From an uncultured Candidatus Binatia bacterium (lineage in GTDB: Bacteria > Desulfobacterota > Binatia > UBA9968 > JAJDTQ01): DNA of 64,000 nucleotides. A program made the translations under genes and the position numbers. Positions 1 to 8,862 of the stretch are shown here, in pieces (positions within the stretch are counted from its first letter, which is position 1; each line of letters opens with the position of its first letter). Location: contig OZ251459.1 of the NCBI GenBank assembly GCA_965242525.1, positions 1,632,001-1,696,000 of the forward strand, written 5' to 3'. Under the pieces are notes generated by a model. It saw only the letters and a list, made by a program, of their open reading frames with translations, did no database searches and had not been told where the DNA came from.

Positions 1-1
1 C

Positions 2-805
2 GAAGACGTCGTCGAAGCGAGTTTCCACTACCTGGTCCACACCGGGCCGAAACCCGTGACCGACTCCAGCCGGCCCGGCTTCCTGCAGCCCCGGCACACG
101 GGCGAGTACGAGACCCGGCGGGCGCCGGTGCGGAACGCCCGGCAGGTCCCGGACATCGCCATGGAGCGCCAGGGCTTCGTGCTGAGGCCCCAACCCACGA
201 AGATGACCGACTTCTACGACGAGGACGAGTTGCGGTCCGTGTACTATCCCGAGGTGGAGGCCCTGGTCCGGGAGACCACCGGGGCCTCGCGGGTGCTGAT
301 CTTCGACCACACCCTGCGTTCCGGGCGCCAGGAGACTCAAGAGGAAAAGGGCATCCGGGGTCCGGTTCGGCGGGTCCACAACGACTACACCGAGTGGTCT
401 GGACCGCAACGGGTGCGGGACCTGTTGCCGGAGGAGGCGGAAGCGCTGCTGCGGCGCCGCTTCGCGGTCATCCAGGTCTGGCGCGGCATGCTCACCCCGG
501 TGGTGCGGTCGCCCCTGGCCCTGTGCGACGCCCGCAGCGTCGCCCCAAAGGACCTGATCCCCACCGAGCGGCGGCACCCCGACCGGGTGGGCGAGACCTA
601 CCACGTCACCTACGACCCCGGGCACCGCTGGCACTACTACCCCGAGATGCAGCCTGACGAAGCCCTGGTGTTCAAGTGCTACGACTCGGAGCGGGACGGA
701 CGCGCGCGCTTCACCCCCCACTCAGCCTTCGACCACCCCGACGCCCCCGCGGACGCGCCGCCCCGGGAAAGCATCGAGACCAGGACCCTGGCCTTCTTCG
801 GGTAA
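2..805 (+). CDS. CmcJ/NvfI-family oxidoreductase (5' end outside window)
   Basis: Frame is open from base 2 (EDVVEASFHYL...). Motifs YYPEVE, FDHTLR, VHNDYT, PLALCDARSV, FKCYDS, TPHSAF, RESIETR match this family (recognised from memory). Confidence 0.75.
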   Translation, partial: EDVVEASFHYLVHTGPKPVTDSSRPGFLQPRHTGEYETRRAPVRNARQVPDIAMERQGFVLRPQPTKMTDFYDEDELRSVYYPEVEALVRETTGASRVLIFDHTLRSGRQETQEEKGIRGPVRRVHNDYTEWSGPQRVRDLLPEEAEALLRRRFAVIQVWRGMLTPVVRSPLALCDARSVAPKDLIPTERRHPDRVGETYHVTYDPGHRWHYYPEMQPDEALVFKCYDSERDGRARFTPHSAFDHPDAPADAPPRESIETRTLAFFG

Positions 806-1059
806 CCGGGCAACCGGGAGACGGTCCCAGGCCGTGCGGCCGCCCCCGGGCGCGTATGGATTGCGTCGTGGGTCCCCTGCGCCGTGCGGCCGCCGGCGGT
901 GCGGCGCCCCAAGCCGTCTTCCCTGGGGCTTCCTTTCGTCGCACCAACGTGCAGCCGCTGGCGGTGCAGCCGCCTCAAGCCGCCGGAAACCGGGCCCCGG
1001 CTGCAGGACCGCGGCGAGCCGCGCAGCGGCCGCACCTTCCGCGCTCCCCAGCCCCGGTC

Positions 1060-1473
1060 CTAGCCTTCGTCGAACCCGCGGCGGAAGCGGCGGCGCCAGT
1101 AGGCGTCCAGGGCCTCGTACAGGCCCGGGTCGGCCTTCCTGTTCTTGACGAACCAGTCCGCCAGGATGTCGATGCTGTGATCCATGTCCAGCACCGGATT
1201 GGCGGCGAACAGCACCATCCCGGACAGGGCCTTGCGGCTGGCATTCTTCTCCAGCGCGTTGCCCAGCGCCGCCAGGAACACCTCCCGCTCGCTGCCCCGG
1301 AGCCCATGGTAGAGGCTCAGCAGCACCGAAGCGGCGCCGTAGCTCTCCACGTCCCTGGCCGTCTCCGGGTCGATCCCCAAGGCGATGCGGACGATGAGCC
1401 TCTCGTAGCCCCTTATGTCGTAGTAGTCGTACAGACCCGCTGACCCTCTACCGCTTCGGACCGCGCTCGACAC
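1060..1473 (-). CDS. hypothetical protein
   Basis: 137-aa ORF with protein-like composition; 5' end abuts the repeat cluster and may be truncated. Confidence 0.5.
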   Translation of the reverse strand: MSSAVRSGRGSAGLYDYYDIRGYERLIVRIALGIDPETARDVESYGAASVLLSLYHGLRGSEREVFLAALGNALEKNASRKALSGMVLFAANPVLDMDHSIDILADWFVKNRKADPGLYEALDAYWRRRFRRGFDEG

Positions 1474-1483
1474 GAACTCCCCG

Positions 1484-1534
1484 TGGGAAAGCGCGTCCTT
1501 CGACTTCGCTACGCTACGCTCAGGACGAACGGGG
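1484..1534. repeat. REP-like hairpin repeat, type 1 (GCGCGTCCTTCGACTTCGCTWCGCTACGCTCAGGACGAACGG)
   Basis: The same ~42-bp core recurs throughout the window. Confidence 0.9.
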
Positions 1535-1586
1535 TTCGTTGTTCCGAGGTTCCCTCGAACGGGAACAGGTTGCGAGAGTTTCCTTT

Positions 1587-1711
1587 GGAACCTCTGAACA
1601 ATCGAGACATCCGGGATGGATTCTCGATTCCCTCACCCTGACGCGCCTATCCCGTTCGTCCTGAGCGTAGCGAAGTCGAAGGACGCTCTCTCCCGATTGT
1701 TCAGAGGTTCC
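1587..1711 (+). mobile_element. MITE copy (125 bp) with internal REP1, 4-bp TSD CTTT
   Basis: GGAACCTCTGAACAATCG...CGATTGTTCAGAGGTTCC; CTTT at 1583-1586 and 1712-1715. Confidence 0.9.
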
Positions 1712-1722
1712 CTTTATCTGTA

Positions 1723-1848
1723 GGAATGTCGAACGATCAAGACAGGGAGGGTGGATTCCCTCGCCCTGACCCTCCTATCCCGTTCGTCCTGAGCGTAGCG
1801 AAGCGAAGTCGAAGGACGCGCTCTTCCTCTGGAATTGTCCAGAGTTTC
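1723..1848 (+). mobile_element. degenerate MITE copy
   Basis: Diverged TIRs around an intact REP1 core. Confidence 0.7.
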
Positions 1849-1868
1849 TGTTAGATAGTAGCATTGAT

Positions 1869-2207
1869 ATGGTGGTTCCACGCATGGAGTACGAGGCGCT
1901 GCGCGAGGCCACTGATGAGGATGTCGGTGACGCCGACCTGGTCCGCCGCATGCTCGACGACCCCGAGGAGGAACTGGCGCCCTTGGAGTTGAGCGAGCGG
2001 ATCGCCCAGGGCGAGCACCCGGTTCGGGTCTGGCGTGAGCACCGGGGAATGAAGGCCGGCATCCTCGCCAGACGAGCCGGAGTCGCAGCCTCCTACCTGT
2101 CCGACATCGAGCACGGGAAGAAACCGGGCTCGGCCAAGACCCTCGCCGCCATCGCCCGAGCGCTGGACGTTGACCTGGACGAAATCGTCCGATCCGACGT
2201 CTCCTGA
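1869..2207 (+). CDS. XRE/HigA-like HTH antitoxin or regulator (orphan)
   Basis: GEHPVRVWREHRGM...LARRAGVAASYLSDIEHGKKPGS...IARALDV; no toxin gene upstream. Confidence 0.8.
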   Translation: MVVPRMEYEALREATDEDVGDADLVRRMLDDPEEELAPLELSERIAQGEHPVRVWREHRGMKAGILARRAGVAASYLSDIEHGKKPGSAKTLAAIARALDVDLDEIVRSDVS

Positions 2208-2380
2208 CTTCCCGCCTTTCCCGCGCTTTCGCCCGAACGGACAGACGGCCGACACGGTTGAGGCGGTCCATGTAGAGGCCCCATCCTCACAGCCTCGCCG
2301 TCATTCCCCACAGACGCCCACCCCTCGTCATTTCGGCAAGCGCTTACCCCGTCATTCCCGCGAAAGCGGGAATCCATCCG

Positions 2381-2536
2381 GTTTCGTCGCTCTCGTTGTA
2401 CAAACCTCTCCAGGTCGGATTACCCTTCTCGATCCACTCGATCTTCCTTGCCCGCTTCCATTTCCTGACCGCCTTTCTCTCCGGGTAGCGCTTTCCATGG
2501 GTTCAGGAACCTCGTATCCAACCAACAGGTGCACAG
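2381..2536 (-). pseudogene. GIY-YIG nuclease C-terminal fragment, frameshifted
   Basis: VHLLVGYEVPEPMESATRRE/(1-nt shift)AVRKWKRARKIEWIEKGNPTWRGLY resembles the C-terminus of small GIY-YIG (UPF0213-like) nucleases. Confidence 0.75.
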
Positions 2537-2586
2537 ATGGATGGATTCCCGCTTTCGCGGGAATGACGGCATGGGTTTTCACAGGA

Positions 2587-2718
2587 GGAACCTCTGAACA
2601 ATCGAGACATCCGGGATGGATTCCTTCACCCTGACCCCTATATCCGTTCGTCCTGAGCGTAGCGAAGCGGAGTCGAAGGACGCGCTCATGCCCTCTATCC
2701 CGATTGTTCAGAGGCTCC
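2587..2718 (+). mobile_element. MITE copy (132 bp)
   Basis: TIRs present; left flank AGGA as in the 6741 copy, right flank replaced by REP2. Confidence 0.85.
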
Positions 2719-2809
2719 TCCCGTCATTCCCGCGAAAGCATGTCCTCGCGGAAGCGGGGACGGGAATCCATCTGCCTTCGATCTTTGCCACGGGATCGGT
2801 TCCCGTCGC

Positions 2810-5800
2810 TTACCGCGGCGCCGCCAGCAGCATGGCGTCCAGCAGGCGCTTCTCTTCGCTCACCGGAGGGTACAGAGCGGACAGGGCGTTGGCAAGGCGC
2901 AGGAAGTCGGGGCCGCGCTCGTGTTCCGCCTTCAGCAGGTTGCGCAGGGCCTGGCTGCGGCCCGACGCCTGCAAGAGCATGGCCGCGTGGACCCGGTCCA
3001 GCGTGGTGGCGTCCGGGGCCTGCATCTCCGCGTCGTCCGCGATGAGGACCTTCCCACCGCGGCTTCGGGTTCGCTTCTTCTTGGGGGCGGCCTCCATTTC
3101 GGGGAAAAGCACCTGCTGCACGGTGACCCTCGGGTCGCGCTCCAACCATTCCGCGGCCGTGTCTGCGCCGTCTTCGCCGAAAAGCTGTTTCCCTCGTTCC
3201 GTGGCGTTTATCAGCCGCACCACGCCCTTGTCCGTCTCGATGATCCGCCCCTCCCACTTGGACAGTTCGATGCCCAGAGGCTGGGCCAAGCGGCGCGCCA
3301 CGTCGAAGACGAGACTGTAACCCCTAGGCTTGTCGCGGGGCGCGTCGTCCGCCTCCTCGTGGTCATCGTCCTCCGCAACGTTGTCATCGTCTTCGGAGGC
3401 GTCGTCTGCGCCAGTGCTTTGCAGGGTCCAGAGGAACAGGGCGGTCAGGCGGGTGTCCTCTTCCAGCGCCCCGGCCATGCCGTTGCGCGCCTTCGCCTCC
3501 GCGGCCCCGAGGACGTTTTCGAGGGCGGTGCGCCCGACCACTTCCCACACCCGTTCCAGGTACTCCGGCAGGCCCACCTCACGCCCCTCCGCGGTCTCCA
3601 CCTGCCGGTAGCGGCTGTATATCTCCAGGGCCGGTCCGATGCAGGCAAAGACCAGGTCCGCGCCCCGGACCCCTTCGCCTTGCAACCGTTCCATCCATTC
3701 GCCCACGCGGATGGGCAGTTCGCGCAGCACGTCCGCCCAATCGCCCACCGGCGCGTCGTCGGGGCGGGGACGGCAGACCAGGTGGACGCTGGTGGCCAGG
3801 GACGCGGTGTCACGCGCATTGAGACGAGAACCCATCTCCGTTGCCACCGGCCACGAGCCGGTGATGGTCCAGCCGCCGCTGATCATCCCGGACAGCAGCG
3901 CTTCCCAGCCCTCGGTGGTCTTGTGGGCGAAGACGACCGATCCGATACCGTCCTGGCGCAGGATGCGCCGCCCTTCGGCAAAAGCCCGAACCATTCCCGA
4001 TTCGTAGGTCCTTGCCGTCTTGGTCGAACTGCTGAGCCGATGCGGTCGGTCAACGACGATCTCTTCTTCCTTCGGGGTCAGGTCATGTGAATCGATGGAG
4101 TGGCAAAGAGCCATCATCTGCTCTGGCAAGGCGCGCTTGAGCCATACGAAGAAGAAATCGGACAAGTGTGCATAGGGGACAGCGTCGTAGTAGGGCGGGT
4201 CGGTGAACCAGACACTGGCGGCGGCGTCGGGCAAAGGATAAGCCTTGGCGTCTGCGGGTTGCACTTGGCCAAGGTTGGATTCGGGCCATGAGTCAATAAC
4301 ATTGGCAATCCAGTCCAGCGCTCCGTCATAACCACCGGTGGATTCCGAAAAGGGATTGCTCTCGCTGTAGTCCCAGACCAGGGGGAGAGCCTGTCGAGAA
4401 TAGACACCCTCATGCTTCTCGCCTGATGTATGCCATCGGCATAGCGAGCATCCTGCATTGGCGGTTCGTGTCAACGCCAGCGCCAGAGGTTGTTTCGCCA
4501 TGTCGTCGATCGTTGGGAACCTCTGAACGATCGGGACAGGGGGCGTGAGCGCGTCCTTCGACTTCGCTTCGCTACGCTCAGGACGAACGGAGGACTCCAC
4601 CTCGCTACGCTCAGGACGAACGGGAGGCTCCGCTTTGCTACGCTCAGGATAAACGGGGATGGGACGGTCAGGGTGCGGGAATCCATCCTGGATGTCTCGA
4701 TTGTTCGGGAGTTTCGTTGATGATTTCGTCAATTCCACCAGCGCCGCCTTCTGCCGCGCGGTGAACAGATCGCCCCATGTCGTCATTCCGTAGATTGGCA
4801 CGCTGATGCGTCGAATCTCGTTCAGCGAAATCGGCTCGTCCGGCACAGGACACAACCCTTGCCTCCCGCCCCGCTCCCATTCGTCGAGAATCCCCGCCAG
4901 CCGTGCCTGCGCTTCATACACCGCCGCGTAATCGGCGTCCGTCGGCATCCGATAGTGCCGGCCCGGCTCGTTCTCCTTCAGCGTCACCACCGCGGTCATG
5001 CACGCGCCGCCCATGCGTCTGCCTGCTTCGTCGAAGATCACGTCCGCGCCGCCGCGCTGCTCGGCAAGTTGCGCCCGCACCCGCTCCGGCGGTAGTACGG
5101 CGCCGCAACACAGGCAGGTCGCCTTGGCCCGCGTCACCGTGCCCGCACGCACGTCCTTGTCGGTCTCCGGCTCGAAAATCTCCAACTCCACACGCGGCGG
5201 CTCCTTGGCCGGCTGCACGACCTTATGGAACCTCTGAACAATCGGGACAGGAGGCATGAGCGCGTCCTTCGTCTCCGCTTCGCTACGCTCAGGACGAACG
5301 GGGATAGGCGTGTCAGCGTGAGGGAATCCATCCCGGATCTCTCGATTGTTCAGATGTTTCTTGTACCGGAGCGCCTGACGGCCCCGGACCTTCTTCCGCT
5401 TGCCGCCCTCCCTCTTGAACACAGCTTTCTTCGCCAACCACAGCGACCGCAGCAGCGGGACTTCCGCCCCGCAGTTCGGGGCCTCGCAGCGCACCGTGCG
5501 CGCCCACAGGTAGGCGATGGGCGTGCTCCCGTCCAGGTCCACCGGATACAGATCGGCCAACTCCCGTTCCGCGGCCTGCCTGACCTCGCCGCCGACCTTG
5601 CGCAACTCATCGGCCAGCCCCGAACCGTGGCGCGGGATGTCTTCCAGCATCACCTTGAGGATCAGGCAGGCCACCGGGTTCAGGTCGCTGGCGAACGCCT
5701 CGCAGCCCACCCGCAGGGCTTCCAACGGAATCGAGCCGCCGCCCGCGAACGGGTCCACCACTAGGGGCGGCTCCGCGCCGTGGGCCGCCCTCACCAGCGC

Positions 5801-6175
5801 CCGGGCCGTTTCGAGCCGGACGCCGTTTGCGGCAAGGTTCCAGTTGGCGAAGTCGGCGATGAACTTGAGCAGGACCCGCCGCAAGCCATCGTCCGGCTCG
5901 ATGGCCTCGATCCACCCTCCCGGCCGTCCGTGCATCCCCAAGAGGATCTGCCGCGTCTCCTTCTTGAAGGCTTCCGGGCAATGCGGGTCACACGGGTCCG
6001 GCAGCAGCAGCGCCATCAGCATCGCCCGGGAGGAAGCCAGCGGCCGCCGCGCCCACCACAGGTGCAGCGTGGAAGGATGCCCGTGCCGGATGGACTTCTC
6101 CCGCGCCGCATGCCGCGAAACCTCGGCAATGGGGAAGTCCACCTCCGCCAGACGCCTGCACTCCCTGGGAATCAC
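2810..6175 (-). CDS. DUF1156 adenine-specific DNA methyltransferase with two in-frame MITE insertions
   Basis: N-terminal REKSIRHGHPSTLHLWWARRPLA, motif I DPFAGGGSIP, Zn-finger VRCEAPNCG, motif IV TDPPYYD. Start placed at GTG 6175. Confidence 0.9.
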   Translation of the reverse strand: MIPRECRRLAEVDFPIAEVSRHAAREKSIRHGHPSTLHLWWARRPLASSRAMLMALLLPDPCDPHCPEAFKKETRQILLGMHGRPGGWIEAIEPDDGLRRVLLKFIADFANWNLAANGVRLETARALVRAAHGAEPPLVVDPFAGGGSIPLEALRVGCEAFASDLNPVACLILKVMLEDIPRHGSGLADELRKVGGEVRQAAERELADLYPVDLDGSTPIAYLWARTVRCEAPNCGAEVPLLRSLWLAKKAVFKREGGKRKKVRGRQALRYKKHLNNREIRDGFPHADTPIPVRPERSEAETKDALMPPVPIVQRFHKVVQPAKEPPRVELEIFEPETDKDVRAGTVTRAKATCLCCGAVLPPERVRAQLAEQRGGADVIFDEAGRRMGGACMTAVVTLKENEPGRHYRMPTDADYAAVYEAQARLAGILDEWERGGRQGLCPVPDEPISLNEIRRISVPIYGMTTWGDLFTARQKAALVELTKSSTKLPNNRDIQDGFPHPDRPIPVYPERSKAEPPVRPERSEVESSVRPERSEAKSKDALTPPVPIVQRFPTIDDMAKQPLALALTRTANAGCSLCRWHTSGEKHEGVYSRQALPLVWDYSESNPFSESTGGYDGALDWIANVIDSWPESNLGQVQPADAKAYPLPDAAASVWFTDPPYYDAVPYAHLSDFFFVWLKRALPEQMMALCHSIDSHDLTPKEEEIVVDRPHRLSSSTKTARTYESGMVRAFAEGRRILRQDGIGSVVFAHKTTEGWEALLSGMISGGWTITGSWPVATEMGSRLNARDTASLATSVHLVCRPRPDDAPVGDWADVLRELPIRVGEWMERLQGEGVRGADLVFACIGPALEIYSRYRQVETAEGREVGLPEYLERVWEVVGRTALENVLGAAEAKARNGMAGALEEDTRLTALFLWTLQSTGADDASEDDDNVAEDDDHEEADDAPRDKPRGYSLVFDVARRLAQPLGIELSKWEGRIIETDKGVVRLINATERGKQLFGEDGADTAAEWLERDPRVTVQQVLFPEMEAAPKKKRTRSRGGKVLIADDAEMQAPDATTLDRVHAAMLLQASGRSQALRNLLKAEHERGPDFLRLANALSALYPPVSEEKRLLDAMLLAAPR
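4516..4715 (-). mobile_element. in-frame MITE (200 bp, REP core triplicated in 33-bp steps), TSD GTTG
   Basis: GTTG at 4512-4515 and 4716-4719; 200+4=204 bp = 68 codons. Confidence 0.92.
5227..5360 (-). mobile_element. in-frame MITE (134 bp), near-TSD TTAT/TTGT
   Basis: 134+4=138 bp = 46 codons; adds KHLNNREIRDGFPHADTPIPVRPERSEAETKDALMPPVPIVQRFHK. Confidence 0.92.
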
Positions 6176-6228
6176 AAATCGAATCCTTGTGAGCCTCGGA
6201 TCAATCCCGGCTTGAACTCCCTCTCCCT

Positions 6229-6336
6229 GTGGGAAAGCGCGTCCTTCCACTTCGCTTCGCTACGCTCAGGACGAACGGGGATAAGGGGTCGGGGTGAGGG
6301 AATCCATCCTGGATGTCTCGGTTGTTCAGAGGTTCC
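6229..6336 (-). mobile_element. partial MITE (REP1 + one TIR)
   Basis: REP1 core followed by GTTGTTCAGAGGTTCC. Confidence 0.8.
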
Positions 6337-6508
6337 ATAAATCGGCTCTTCCGGCTTTCGTGTGGGTAAGGTAGAAGGGAAAGGGGAGCGAAAAGGATCA
6401 CACGGTCATTGCTCCGCGGACGCCCACTCCCGTCATTCCCGCGCACACCCACTTCCGTCATTCCCGCGAAAGCATGTCCTCGCGGAAGCGGGGGCGGGAA
6501 TCCATCCG

Positions 6509-6664
6509 GTTTCGTCGCTCTCGTTGTACAAACCTCTCCAGGTCGGATTACCCTTCTCGATCCACTCGATCTTCCTTGCCCTATTCCATTTCCTGACCGC
6601 CTTTCTCTCCGGGTAGCGTTTTCCGTGGGTTCAGGGACCTCGTATCCAACCAACCGGTGCACAG
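6509..6664 (-). pseudogene. GIY-YIG nuclease C-terminal fragment, copy 2
   Basis: VHRLVGYEVPEPTENATRRE/AVRKWNRARKIEWIEKGNPTWRGLY. Confidence 0.75.
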
Positions 6665-6740
6665 ATGGATGGATTCCCGCTTTCGCGGGAATGACGGAGA
6701 TGAGGCTTTCGCGGGAATGACGGCATGGGCTTTCACAGGA

Positions 6741-6872
6741 GGAACATCTGAACAATCGAGACATCCGGGATGGATTCCTTCACACTGACCCCTATATCCG
6801 TTCGTCCTGAGCGTAGCGAAGCGAAGTCGAAGGACGCGCTCATGCCTCCTGTCCCGATTTTTCAGAGGTTCC
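6741..6872 (+). mobile_element. MITE copy (132 bp), TSD AGGA, inserted into a REP2-like unit
   Basis: AGGA on both sides; the empty site reads TTTCACAGGAATGAC. Confidence 0.9.
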
Positions 6873-7024
6873 AGGAATGACAGACCGACCCCTTTCCCTC
6901 CTGCCTTTCCCACTCGAAAGCCTGGGGATACCGCTCTGCGGGCGTGCAGACGGCCAACCACAGGAATCCCTGCTCGCTCACGCTGCCGGTCCCGCTCTGC
7001 GGGTGGGTGTGCGGCCGGTTCCGG

Positions 7025-8809
7025 TCAGCGCCGCTGGGTCACGGTGTCCACCAGGGCGGGGGTTCCCTGCTTGACCTGCTCGATGGCGCGGTCCAGGGCG
7101 GGCCTCAGGTGGTCGGCGTTCTCGATGGGGCCTTCGCCGTACCAGCCCATGGAGCGCGCGAGGGCGGCGAAGTCGGGGTCCGGGCCGCACAGGTCCATGC
7201 CGATGTGCGCCCGGGAGGGGTCCGTGCCGCGGTTCCGCGCCATGACGATCTGGTGGTTCCAGTCGTTGTAGTAGGCGCGGTTGTTGTACATGACCACGAG
7301 CATGGGGATGCGGTACTTGGCCGCCATCCACAGGGCGCCGGCGTCGAACATCAGGTCGCCGTCGGGTTGCAGGTCCACCACCAGCCTCCCCTGCCCCTTG
7401 TGGGCCAGGGCCACCCCCAGGGACAGGCCGATCTGGGTGCCGGTGCCCAGCTCGCGCCCGCCGTGGCGGTAGGGCCGGTCGAAGTTCCACAACCGGCGGG
7501 CCCAGTCGTGCAGCGTGCCGGAGGTCAGCACCCAGTCCTCGTCCCGGATGGCGTCCCACACTTCCAGCGCCAGCCGCGGCACGGTCATGGGAACCGCGTC
7601 CCAGCGGTCTTCCTCGGCCTGCCGGCGCCATTGGGCGCGGACCTCGGCGTGGCGCCGGCCGGTCTCCTCCGTGCGCCGGGCGATCTTCTCGGCCAGGCCC
7701 GGAGTCCGGGCGATGCGGGCCTTCAGCAGCCGGGTGAGCGCCGGGGCCGCGGTCACCGGGTCCGCGGTCATGCGCTGGTGCGCATAGAAGGGCCGGGCGT
7801 AGGTCATGGCCCACTTGCTGATCTCCACGTCGGTGTAGCCGATGTCGATCCAGGCGGCGTCCTCGGGCACCATGCTCACCACCGTGCGCGTGGCGATGTC
7901 GCGCACGTGGGTGGGCTTCTCGAAGTCCGCCACGTCCAGCGTCAGCACCGCGTCCGCGTCCTTGTAGCAGCCCTCGCCGTCCATGCTCAGGTTCAGGGGG
8001 TGATCGCTCGGGAAGTTCAGGCGGGAGTCGCAGTCCCACACCCGGGCGCCCAGGGTCTCGGCCAGATCCACCACGTGGTCCCAGCCGTGGGGCGGACGCG
8101 CGGCGAAGTCCGCCACGATGACCGGGCGCTCCGCCCCGGCCAGGGTGTCCGCGGCCTGCTCCAGGGCTGCGGGGTCCGCCATCACCGGGGCCGGCACGCG
8201 CGCGGCCTCCTCCGGCGGCATGGCCACGTCCCGTTCGAGGGGAGCCTCCTGGAGGCCCGCGTCGTAGCACATGTAGATGGGTCCCTGCTTGCCGCTCATC
8301 ATCACCGAATAGGCCCGGGCAAAGGCCCCGGGCACCCCGTCGATGGTGGTGGGCTGGGAGTCCCACTTGACGTAGTGGCGGATGGCCTCGCCCTGGACGC
8401 TGGCCGAATGGATCCAGTCGATGAACGGGCGGCGCTTGGGCTCCTCCATGGGGCCGGTGGCGCCGATGATGAAGACCGGCGCCCGGTCCAGGTAGGCGTA
8501 GTAGATGCCCATGGGCGCGTGCAGCAGCCCCACCAGGTTGTGGACGATGGCGATCATGGGCTTGCCGGTGGCCCGGGCATAGCCGTGGGCCATCTGCACC
8601 GCGATCTTCTCGTGGTTGCACAGCATCATGGGCGGGTCGTCCTCGCCGTAGTTCACCAGCGAGTCGTGGAGGCCCCGGTAGCTGGCCCCGGGGTTGAGGG
8701 TGATGTGCTCGAACCCATACCGCTTGATCATGTCCACGATGACGTCCGACTGCCACTTGCGGTCGGACTTTTTGATGTCGGGAACTTCCGTCCCTGCCGC
8801 CTTGCTCAT
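7025..8809 (-). CDS. thiamine pyrophosphate-binding enzyme (ALS/benzoylformate decarboxylase-like)
   Basis: LNPGASYRGLHDS, catalytic HE(K)IAV, TPP motif PDGDLMF...YNNRAY. Start MSKAAG after GGAGAGG. Confidence 0.88.
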   Translation of the reverse strand: MSKAAGTEVPDIKKSDRKWQSDVIVDMIKRYGFEHITLNPGASYRGLHDSLVNYGEDDPPMMLCNHEKIAVQMAHGYARATGKPMIAIVHNLVGLLHAPMGIYYAYLDRAPVFIIGATGPMEEPKRRPFIDWIHSASVQGEAIRHYVKWDSQPTTIDGVPGAFARAYSVMMSGKQGPIYMCYDAGLQEAPLERDVAMPPEEAARVPAPVMADPAALEQAADTLAGAERPVIVADFAARPPHGWDHVVDLAETLGARVWDCDSRLNFPSDHPLNLSMDGEGCYKDADAVLTLDVADFEKPTHVRDIATRTVVSMVPEDAAWIDIGYTDVEISKWAMTYARPFYAHQRMTADPVTAAPALTRLLKARIARTPGLAEKIARRTEETGRRHAEVRAQWRRQAEEDRWDAVPMTVPRLALEVWDAIRDEDWVLTSGTLHDWARRLWNFDRPYRHGGRELGTGTQIGLSLGVALAHKGQGRLVVDLQPDGDLMFDAGALWMAAKYRIPMLVVMYNNRAYYNDWNHQIVMARNRGTDPSRAHIGMDLCGPDPDFAALARSMGWYGEGPIENADHLRPALDRAIEQVKQGTPALVDTVTQRR

Positions 8810-8862
8810 GTCTCGTTCCTCTCCCGGCGCCGCGGCCCGGGTCCCGGCCGCGCCAAGGGCCG

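Larger units (their letters stand above)
2351..2718. repeat. composite direct repeat, copy 1 (REP2 + GIY-YIG remnant + REP2 + MITE)
   Basis: Highly similar to 6496-6872. REP2 = GTCATTCCCGCGAAAGCGGGAATCCA and its inverse. Confidence 0.9.
6432..6872. repeat. composite direct repeat, copy 2 (REP2 units + GIY-YIG remnant + MITE)
   Basis: Matches 2351-2718, including the same frameshift in the nuclease remnant. Confidence 0.9.

Noticed and set aside
2616-3320. Short ORFs containing VRPERSEA, FDFASLRSGRTG or VIPAKAGI
   Set aside because: These are translations of intergenic repeat copies, not genes.
4516-5360. Inserts in the methylase as inteins
   Set aside because: Too short, no Cys/Ser start or His-Asn end, and they match dispersed DNA repeats with TIRs and TSDs.
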